64,000 nucleotides of DNA, taken from NCBI GenBank assembly GCA_036277095.1, contig DASUNP010000067.1, forward strand, positions 67,551 to 131,550. Direction: 5' to 3'. Below, one piece after another: positions 57,575 to 64,000 of this stretch. The notes under the pieces were generated by a model. That model had not been told where the DNA came from. It saw only the letters and a program-made list of their open reading frames with translations, and did not search any database. Position 1 is the stretch's first letter; each line of letters starts with the position of its first letter. The DNA is from Blastocatellia bacterium (GTDB taxonomy: Bacteria; Acidobacteriota; Blastocatellia; UBA7656). A program made the position numbers and the translations under genes.

Positions 57575-58954
57575 TTAATCGAACACCGCAGGGTCGGCTT
57601 CCTTGAAGAACCGATCGTGCAGCGCGCGGACCACATTCTCAACCTCGCTTTCGTCTATGACGAAGGTAAGGTTTATCTCGCTCGCGCCCTGGCTGATCAT
57701 GTTGACGTTGGTCGTTTCGATCGCGCGAAACAGTTGCGCGGCGACGGCCGGCTTGAATTTCAGGTTGTCGCCGATGACGCAGACGATCGCTTTGCCCGTC
57801 TCTACGGAAACCTGCGCGATGGCTTCGAGGTCACGCTTGATCACTGCAAGGCGGTCCGTGCTGTCGAGCGTCATCGAGACCGAAACTTCGGACGTGGTGA
57901 CCACGTCGACGGAAGTCTGGTGCTGGTCGAAGACCTCGAATATCTTGCGCAAGAATCCGTACGCCATCAGCATCCTCGTCGATGTGACGTTGACTATAGT
58001 CACGCCGCGCTTGAAGGCGATCGATTTTATGAGGTTGCTCGAAGGGCGCGGCTCGCGGATGATCAACGTTCCCTCACAGGACGGATTGCGCGTGTTGTAG
58101 ATGTGCACGGGTATTCCCCGCTCGACGGCGGGCATCACAGTGCTCGGGTGCAGCACCTTCGCGCCGAAGTATGAAAGCTCCGCCGCCTCCGCGAAAGAGA
58201 GCACGCGGATGCGCCTCGCCCGCGAGACGACGCGCGGGTCCGCCGTCATAAGGCCGTCAACGTCCGTCCAAATTTCTATCGCTTCCGCGCTGAGAGATGC
58301 GCCTATTATCGCGGCGGAATAATCCGACCCGCCGCGCCCGATCGTCGTGGTCACGCCTTCCGCAGTCGAGCCGATGAAGCCTTGCGCTACAGGCACAACC
58401 TGCCGCCCTATCAAGGGCAGCAGCGCCGCGCGCGCGCGCGTTTCGGTCTCTCGCATGTTGGGCGCGGCCACAGTGAAGTGATCGTCCGTGACGATGAAGC
58501 GGCGCGAGTCGACAAGCTCTGCCCGCGCGCCGCGCGAATGGAGCGCGGCGGTCACAATCAGCGAGGAGAGTCGCTCGCCGAACGAGACGATCGCGTCCTG
58601 GCTGCGCGGGGAAAGCTCGCCGAGCGTAGCGACCGAGCGGGCCAGGCTTTCAAGCTCGGCGAAATTATCTTCGATGGCGCGCCTCACCTCATCAATCAAA
58701 TGATGATCGGACGGGAGCAGGTCGCGCGACGTGGCGAGGTGTCGTTCGCGCAACTCGTCAATAATGGCCCCGGCTTCATCGAAACGCCTATCCTTTGCCG
58801 ACTCGGCCAGCCGCAGCAGCGCATCTGTGACGCGCGCCATCGCCGACACGATCACCACGGGCGAGCTAGCCATGCGGCTGCGGACGATCTCGACTGCTTG
58901 ATTTATCGCGGCTGCGTCCCCAACCGACGTGCCGCCGAATTTCATCACGATCAT
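57575..58954 (-). CDS. lysC: aspartate kinase
   Basis: 459 aa; MIVMKFGGTSVGDAAAI N-terminus; C-terminal ACT domains. Confidence 0.9.
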   Translation of the reverse strand: MIVMKFGGTSVGDAAAINQAVEIVRSRMASSPVVIVSAMARVTDALLRLAESAKDRRFDEAGAIIDELRERHLATSRDLLPSDHHLIDEVRRAIEDNFAELESLARSVATLGELSPRSQDAIVSFGERLSSLIVTAALHSRGARAELVDSRRFIVTDDHFTVAAPNMRETETRARAALLPLIGRQVVPVAQGFIGSTAEGVTTTIGRGGSDYSAAIIGASLSAEAIEIWTDVDGLMTADPRVVSRARRIRVLSFAEAAELSYFGAKVLHPSTVMPAVERGIPVHIYNTRNPSCEGTLIIREPRPSSNLIKSIAFKRGVTIVNVTSTRMLMAYGFLRKIFEVFDQHQTSVDVVTTSEVSVSMTLDSTDRLAVIKRDLEAIAQVSVETGKAIVCVIGDNLKFKPAVAAQLFRAIETTNVNMISQGASEINLTFVIDESEVENVVRALHDRFFKEADPAVFD

Positions 58955-58966
58955 AAGTAATCCACT

Positions 58967-59734
58967 TCATCCGCACATCACGGAGCCGCCGTTGACGTTT
59001 ATGACTTCGCCCGTGATGTGCCGCGCCAGGTCCGACGCGAGAAAGAGGATCGGGCCTGCGACATCATCCGCGCAAGCCACGCGGCCAAGCGGAATGCCGC
59101 GATTGATCTTCTCAAGCTCCGGCGGGTCGCGCAAAGGTTCGGCAGACATGTCAGTATCGACCCAGCCCGGCGCAACGGAGTTAACCGTTATACCATAAGA
59201 ACCGAGCTCAGCGGCCAGGGATTTAGTAAAAGAGATTATGCCGCCCTTCGAAGCAGCGTAATGCGAATGAAAAGCCTCGCCGCGCTGGCCCGCAGTCGAC
59301 GACAGCGTGACGATACGGCCCGACCGCTGATGCTTCATTATCTTTGCCGCAAAGTGGCAGCAGAGAAAAACGCCTTTCAGGTTCACGTCAATCGTCTCTT
59401 GCCAGCTCTGCTCGTCGAGACGGTCGACCGCCGCGCCGGTCCACACGCCAGCGTTTGCGATTACGATGTCTAAGCGGTCGAACTCCGCCAGCGCCTGCTC
59501 GAACATCGTGCGGACATCGTCTGCGCGCGAGATATCTGCCCGCACAGCGATGGCGCGCGCTCGAAACGAGCGCGCGCTGGCCGTGACGCGGGCGGCTTCG
59601 GCCTCGTGGTTGAAATAGTTTACTACCAGCGAGGCCCCGGCTTCGGCAAGCCTTAGAGCCGTCGCCGCGCCGATGCCGCGCGAAGCGCCTGTGACGAGCG
59701 CAACTTTACCATTCAGATCTATCATGTTCCCCTC
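58967..59734 (-). CDS. SDR-family oxidoreductase (FabG-like); start trimmed to MIDLNGK after a GGGAGG RBS (the track gives 59782)
   Basis: KVALVTGASRGIGAATALRLA Rossmann motif; YxxxK. Confidence 0.75.
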   Translation of the reverse strand, partial: EGNMIDLNGKVALVTGASRGIGAATALRLAEAGASLVVNYFNHEAEAARVTASARSFRARAIAVRADISRADDVRTMFEQALAEFDRLDIVIANAGVWTGAAVDRLDEQSWQETIDVNLKGVFLCCHFAAKIMKHQRSGRIVTLSSTAGQRGEAFHSHYAASKGGIISFTKSLAAELGSYGITVNSVAPGWVDTDMSAEPLRDPPELEKINRGIPLGRVACADDVAGPILFLASDLARHITGEVINVNGGSVMCG

Positions 59735-59783
59735 CCATAAACTAAGCTGTCGCGTGGAAGTGGCTCCGGGAGCCATTTTCACG

Positions 59784-60059
59784 TCATCCGCCTGCGATTG
59801 CCGGGACTATAGATACTTCCGCGCCATCCGTCACCTGCGTCGACAGGTTATCGAGAAAGCGCACGTCTTCGCCGTCGACATAGATGTTGATGAAGCGGCG
59901 CAACCCGCCGCCCTCTTCGCACAATCGTGAGCGAAAGCCCGGGAAACGTTTGTCGAGCCGGTCGATCAATTCATCTACAGAAGAGGCTTCGACCTCTACT
60001 GTATCAACGTCTCCAGTGAGCCGGCGAAATGGTGTTGGTATGCTTACAGTAAGTGACAT
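59784..60059 (-). CDS. MoaD/ThiS-family sulfur-carrier protein
   Basis: 91 aa ending in ...VPAIAGG (C-terminal Gly-Gly); immediately downstream of the ThrC-like gene. Confidence 0.75.
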   Translation of the reverse strand: MSLTVSIPTPFRRLTGDVDTVEVEASSVDELIDRLDKRFPGFRSRLCEEGGGLRRFINIYVDGEDVRFLDNLSTQVTDGAEVSIVPAIAGG

Positions 60060-60086
60060 AATCTTTCCTCCCTCGTGTGAGTCTTC

Positions 60087-61325
60087 TTAAGCCGTAGCCG
60101 CAAAGCCCGTTAACGCTTTCTCGAACTGTGCGACTCGCGGCTCGATGACTATGGGCTGCTCGCTTTTGGCGGCCTCCTGCGTCTTGAGGCCATTGCCCGT
60201 GATCGCGATGACCGTCAGATCATCGGGGCTAATGCGGCCCTGCTCGATCAGCTTTTTGGTCACGGCGACGGTGACGCCGCCGGCAGTTTCGGTAAAGACA
60301 CCTTCCGTCTCTGCCAGCAGCCGTATGCCGTCGACGATCTCGGTATCCGTTGCATCTTCGGCCCAGCCTCCGGTTTCGGCGATAACGCGAGCCGCTTGAT
60401 AACCGTCGGCAGGGTTGCCGATGGCGAGCGACCGAGCGATGGTCGCGGGCTTGACTGGCCGAATTTCTGTCGAGTTCCGTTTCACGGCTTCAACTATGGG
60501 ATTGCACCCGGCGGCTTGTGCTCCGAAGATTCGCGTCGAGGCTTCGCCTTCCAGCAACGAGAGGCGCTCGAACTCCTTCAAGCCCTTGTAAACCTTTGTG
60601 ATGAGCGAGCCGCCGGCCATCGGCGCAATGACGGCTGTGGGAGCGCGCCAGCCGAGACTTTCTGCTATCTCATAACCGACGGTCTTCGACCCTTCGCCAT
60701 AAAAAGGTCTGAGATTAACATTCACAAATCCCCACGGGTGACGGTCGGCTATCTCGACGCACAGCCGGTTCACGTCGTCGTAGTTGCCGCGCAAGGCGAT
60801 CACCCGCGCGCCATAAATAGCGGTCGCGGTGATCTTGGCCGGTTCGAGGTCTTCGGGAATCAGTATGTAGGCGGGCAATCCTGCGGCTGCTGCGTTAGCG
60901 GCGACAGAGTTCGCGAGGTTTCCAGTCGATGCGCAGCCGACGGCTCGGAGACGGAACTCAAGCGCCTTGTTGATGGCGACCGCCGCGACGCGGTCTTTGA
61001 ACGACAGCGTCGGCGAGTTGACGCTGTCGTTTTTTATATAGAGGTTTGAAACGCCGAGCCTTGAAGCCAATCGGTCCGCGCGAATGAGCGGTGTCGCGCC
61101 GCTGGTTCGACCGACGACAGGCTCGCGGTCGAGCGGCAACAGCTCGCGGTATCGCCATAAACTCTTTTCACGTGATTCGATCTTGCGGCGCGAAAGCGAG
61201 CGCCGAATCGCGTCGTAATCGTAATCGACCTCAAGCGGGGCGAAGCAGTCTTCGCACCCGGCCACGAGCCGCTTTTCGTAAGCGCGGCCACACTCTGTGC
61301 AACGAAGTCCTTTCACAAAACTCAT
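60087..61325 (-). CDS. threonine-synthase-like PLP enzyme (MetM-like; sulfur-carrier-dependent homocysteine synthase candidate)
   Basis: 412 aa; N-terminal Cys4 zinc-ribbon (CTECG...CEDC), PLP lysine region SFKDR; paired with a MoaD-like gene and preceded by tandem met-type leaders. Confidence 0.65.
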   Translation of the reverse strand: MSFVKGLRCTECGRAYEKRLVAGCEDCFAPLEVDYDYDAIRRSLSRRKIESREKSLWRYRELLPLDREPVVGRTSGATPLIRADRLASRLGVSNLYIKNDSVNSPTLSFKDRVAAVAINKALEFRLRAVGCASTGNLANSVAANAAAAGLPAYILIPEDLEPAKITATAIYGARVIALRGNYDDVNRLCVEIADRHPWGFVNVNLRPFYGEGSKTVGYEIAESLGWRAPTAVIAPMAGGSLITKVYKGLKEFERLSLLEGEASTRIFGAQAAGCNPIVEAVKRNSTEIRPVKPATIARSLAIGNPADGYQAARVIAETGGWAEDATDTEIVDGIRLLAETEGVFTETAGGVTVAVTKKLIEQGRISPDDLTVIAITGNGLKTQEAAKSEQPIVIEPRVAQFEKALTGFAATA

Positions 61326-61343
61326 AGCTTTACCTCCTTAAAA

Positions 61344-61436
61344 ACGAAAAGCCCCGCGCCAAACTAGCGCGGGGCCTGATGCCTTCGGGGCCGTTTAGCA
61401 GTTTTTTACGTGGAGCAAGTCGCCTTAAATCGCCAC
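61344..61436 (-). promoter_or_regulatory. conserved leader element copy B (proximal) with terminator + AAGGAGG RBS before the thrC-like start
   Basis: RNA sense: ...UUGCUCCACGUAAAAAACUGCUAAACGG...GCCCCGCGCUAGUUUGGCGCGGGGCUUUUCGUUUUUAAGGAGGUAAAGCUAUG. Confidence 0.6.
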
Positions 61437-61463
61437 GCGCGTCGAATTGTTAAAGACCAAATG

Positions 61464-61555
61464 AAAACGCCCCGCGCTAAACCAGCGCAGGGCGTCAAAA
61501 CTCCTCAGCGGTTTAGCACATGTTTTACGTGGAGCAATTTGCTTTAAATCACCAC
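61464..61555 (-). promoter_or_regulatory. conserved leader element copy C (distal, tandem to copy B)
   Basis: RNA sense: GUGGUGAUUUAAAGCAAAUUGCUCCACGUAAAACAUGUGCUAAACCGC...GCCCUGCGCUGGUUUAGCGCGGGGCGUUUUC. Confidence 0.55.
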
Positions 61556-61860
61556 GATCAGTTTCAGAAACCGCAGAGTACACCCGCGCGGCCCGTGAAG
61601 TCAAGGAGATTCATCAGAACTTTTATTCCGCGTAGATCGTTTGCCACAGCACTTGACGCAGAGCGCGGCGAGTGCTATATCTCAATTTGCTTAAGGTTCT
61701 GTTAAAGGCTTATGACCCGAATGACGAACTCAATCTGTTGCATCTGTTGTTGCGCGCCAGCGGCGCGCCGGGCAAAGCCTTTAGTGGAGATTTATATCCG
61801 TAGAACCTGAATCTGATTTTTAGATAAGAGTTTTCATTAAACCCACTATCGGCGACGCCG

Positions 61861-62721
61861 GTGGTGGGTTTTTCGTTTTTGGTCGCTCTTTTATCGGCTA
61901 TGAGATTGATGGCGAGAAAACTTGGGAAGGTCTACCTGATAGGCGCGGGGCCGGGCGACCCGCTTCTTCTCACGCTCAAGGCGGCCAAGGCCATAGCGAC
62001 GAGCGACGTGATCGTTTACGACTACCTTGTAAACCCCGAAATCCTGGCCCACGCGCGGCGAGGAGCAGAATTGATCTACGTCGGCAAACGCGCGGGCGAG
62101 CAATCTATCTCACAATCGGAGATCAACCGCATTCTGATCGAGCGCGCAAATCGAGGCGAGATGGTCGCGCGCGTGAAGGGCGGCGACCCGTTCATCTTCG
62201 GTCGCGGCGGCGAAGAAGCCGAAGCCCTCGCAGAGGCAAACATCAAATGGGAAGTCATACCGGGCGTGTCGTCAGGCGTGGCCGCCGCTGCATACGCAGG
62301 GATTCCGCTGACGCATCGCGGCTACGCTTCGAGCGTCGCTTTCATCACGGGCCACGAAAGCAGCAAAGCCGGGGGCGGGCTCGACTGGTCCGCGCTCGCG
62401 CACTCTGCCGATACGCTCGTGGTCTTTATGTGCGCGGAGACGATAACCACCATCGCCGGACACCTCATCCGGGCGGGGCGCGCGCCTTCGACCCCTGTCG
62501 CGATCATTCGATGGGGCACCTACGAATCATGCCAGGAAGTTTACTCAACCTCGCTCGATGCGCTCGCGCGCACGGACGAGCAGACAGGCGAAGAGGCGCG
62601 GATCAAGATTGAGCCGCCCGCCATCGCAATCATCGGCAGCGTTGTCTCTCTCAAAGAAAAGCTCCACTGGTTTGGCCGGCCCGCAATCGATATAGAGCAG
62701 GGCGAACCTGTCGGAGTGTAG
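61861..62721 (+). CDS. cobA: uroporphyrinogen-III C-methyltransferase (siroheme branch)
   Basis: LGKVYLIGAGPGDPLLLTLKA and VKGGDPFIFGRGGEE SUMT motifs. The true start is probably an internal Met (MRLMARK...). Confidence 0.85.
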   Translation: MVGFSFLVALLSAMRLMARKLGKVYLIGAGPGDPLLLTLKAAKAIATSDVIVYDYLVNPEILAHARRGAELIYVGKRAGEQSISQSEINRILIERANRGEMVARVKGGDPFIFGRGGEEAEALAEANIKWEVIPGVSSGVAAAAYAGIPLTHRGYASSVAFITGHESSKAGGGLDWSALAHSADTLVVFMCAETITTIAGHLIRAGRAPSTPVAIIRWGTYESCQEVYSTSLDALARTDEQTGEEARIKIEPPAIAIIGSVVSLKEKLHWFGRPAIDIEQGEPVGV

Positions 62722-62733
62722 TCGGAGAAGAAG

Positions 62734-63489
62734 ATGGATTTCAGTCAAACGCTCGCTTTTTCGGTCGAGGACGCTGACAGGCTCGAAGCGGTCGCCACGC
62801 TGCTTGAAAAGTGCGCGCCTCAGGAGATTCTTAGATGGGCCTTCAACCAGTTCGGCACCGGAGTCGCAATCGCGACGGGGTTCGGCGCCGAAGGCGTGGC
62901 GATGATCGACATGGCAGTGAAGATCAACCCGCGCCCTAATATCTTTTTCATCGATACGGGTTTTCTCTTCCCCGAAACATACGCGCTGCGTCGCCAGATA
63001 GAAGACCGTTACGGAATAGAGATTCGCGCCCTTCGGTCCGAGCTTAGCCCCGAGTCACAAGAGATGGAATTCGGCCCGCGCCTCTGGTCGCGCGACCCGG
63101 ACCTCTGCTGCCGCATCAGAAAACTCGAACCTTTGAAAGAGACTCTTAACGGCTTGACCGCGTGGATGACCGCAATCCGGCGCGATCAGACGCAGGCGCG
63201 CGCGCGGGCGCGCGTGATCGAGTGGGACTACCTCTGGCAACTGGTGAAGATCAACCCGATTGCCACGTGGACCAAACGTGATGTGTGGGACTACATCGTA
63301 AAAAACCATGTTCCTTATAACCCGCTGCACGACGATGGCTACCCGAGCCTCGGCTGCACACACTGCACGCGGCGCACGATCGAAGGCGAGCCTGAGCGCG
63401 CGGGCCGCTGGTCGGGTCACCAAAAGACAGAGTGCGGGCTCCATGCCTTGCCTCAGACGACGATCGCCTCAAGCAGCTTTGAAGTTTGA
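62734..63489 (+). CDS. cysH: assimilatory adenylyl-sulfate (APS/PAPS) reductase
   Basis: 251 aa; PP-loop-like region, CC...CxxC iron-sulfur cysteines (LCCRIRK, GCTHCT) and ECGLH motif, indicating an APS-reductase type. Confidence 0.85.
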   Translation: MDFSQTLAFSVEDADRLEAVATLLEKCAPQEILRWAFNQFGTGVAIATGFGAEGVAMIDMAVKINPRPNIFFIDTGFLFPETYALRRQIEDRYGIEIRALRSELSPESQEMEFGPRLWSRDPDLCCRIRKLEPLKETLNGLTAWMTAIRRDQTQARARARVIEWDYLWQLVKINPIATWTKRDVWDYIVKNHVPYNPLHDDGYPSLGCTHCTRRTIEGEPERAGRWSGHQKTECGLHALPQTTIASSSFEV

Positions 63490-63519
63490 TACAGAAATTT
63501 TTGAGCGGAGGGGAGACGG

Positions 63520-64000
63520 ATGAAAACGGATGACACGGGTTTTGGAACATCTGCTAAAGGCTTGGTTATATGGCTTACGGGACTTTCGGGCGCAGGCAAA
63601 ACTACGCTCGCCCGCGCGATCAGGCAAGAGCTTTTACAGACGGGCCGGACGGTCGAGCTTCTCGACGGCGACGAAGTGCGCGAGAACCTCAGCCACGGAC
63701 TCGGCTTTAGCAAGGAAGACCGCGACCGCAACATAGGCCGTATCGGATTCGTCGCGCGGCTGCTGGCGCGCAATGGTGTAACGGTGCTCGTCTCAGCCAT
63801 CTCGCCTTACCGGCAGTCGCGCGATGATGCTCGCCGGTTGATAGAGGGCGACGGCGTCCGCTTCCTTGAGGTCTACGTCCGTTGCCCGCTTCAAGTGCTC
63901 ATCTCTCGTGACGTGAAGGGGCTGTACAAAAAAGCTCTCGCGGGCGAGGTGCGCCACTTCACAGGGATCAGCGATCCTTACGAAGCGCCGCTCGCGCCCG
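63520..64000 (+). CDS. cysC: adenylyl-sulfate kinase, partial (runs off the window end)
   Basis: [34 protein letters not shown] ... P-loop; GGAGGGGAG RBS upstream; not in the ORF track because it is truncated. Confidence 0.85.
   Translation, partial: MKTDDTGFGTSAKGLVIWLTGLSGAGKTTLARAIRQELLQTGRTVELLDGDEVRENLSHGLGFSKEDRDRNIGRIGFVARLLARNGVTVLVSAISPYRQSRDDARRLIEGDGVRFLEVYVRCPLQVLISRDVKGLYKKALAGEVRHFTGISDPYEAPLAP

Noticed and set aside
57391-57575. Reading the hairpin + U-tract at 57434-57470 simply as the terminator of the upstream aspartate kinase gene
   Set aside because: The same element with ~60 nt of conserved 5' flank recurs twice in front of the thrC-like gene. It also leaves only ~40 nt for a promoter, so an attenuator or riboswitch expression platform fits better. 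It may still double as the lysC terminator.
1-64000. CRISPR arrays, tRNA/rRNA genes, transposases and integrases
   Set aside because: I scanned for direct-repeat arrays, cloverleaf-like GC-rich 75-nt segments and DDE/tyrosine-recombinase motifs. None was found. The only repeats are those reported above.

Overview
The window is high-GC (about 60-65%) bacterial chromosome; the gene content (Wzx/Wzy/Wzc polysaccharide genes, C25 gingipain-like and astacin secreted proteases, a VWA protein, a fused homocysteine-methyltransferase/MTHFR) would fit an Acidobacteria-like soil bacterium, but that is inference only. It contains three main blocks.

(1) Positions 1-27940 are entirely minus-strand. They hold a very large Wzx/Wzy/Wzc-type exopolysaccharide or O-antigen cluster: a partial gmd at the window edge; 12 predicted glycosyltransferases (10 GT4, 2 GT2) plus an uncharacterised possibly GT-like ORF at 7158-8000; 4 FkbM-family and 3 class-I SAM methyltransferases; a Wzx flippase; a Wzy/O-antigen-ligase-like polymerase; fcl; a second gmd; and a Wzc-like PCP/BY-kinase. 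Many adjacent genes have overlapping start and stop codons.

(2) After a 700-bp divergent intergenic region comes a plus-strand lasso-peptide biosynthetic cluster at 28658-39323. It has a B1 (PqqD/RRE), B2 protease, C cyclase, an unannotated 43-aa precursor gene (31290-31421) whose leader matches the YxxPxLx3Gx5Tx motif, an HPr-kinase-like kinase, a 2OG-Fe(II) oxygenase, a PRMT-fold methyltransferase, two PF14907-like nucleotidyltransferases, an ABC exporter, and an odd PqqD-domain protein with a 6-Cys knottin-like tail. A secreted C25 peptidase gene is translationally coupled to its end. This looks like a heavily tailored variant of the phosphorylated-lasso class (C-terminal Thr, core with no Arg, extra oxygenase and methyltransferase). 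It is the most likely previously undescribed system in the window.

(3) Positions 42.6-48 kb are a lower-GC patch. It carries an astacin protease with a Lys-rich N-terminus and 6 tandem ~44-aa repeats, a methyltransferase, a VWA protein, a hypothetical, and a four-copy ~40-bp intergenic repeat. After it come a carbamoyltransferase, a C25-peptidase gene remnant, and a methionine/sulfur block: metH, two tandem YbjN-like genes, the fused Hcy-methyltransferase/MTHFR, aspartate kinase, an SDR, and a MoaD-like plus ThrC-like pair that resembles the MetO/MetM sulfur-carrier route to homocysteine. cobA, cysH and a partial cysC follow. A conserved ~90-nt leader ending in an intrinsic terminator occurs three times, once before the metF fusion and twice in tandem before the thrC-like gene. 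It is a candidate SAM-responsive riboswitch or attenuator.

No rRNA, tRNA, CRISPR array or obvious transposase was seen.
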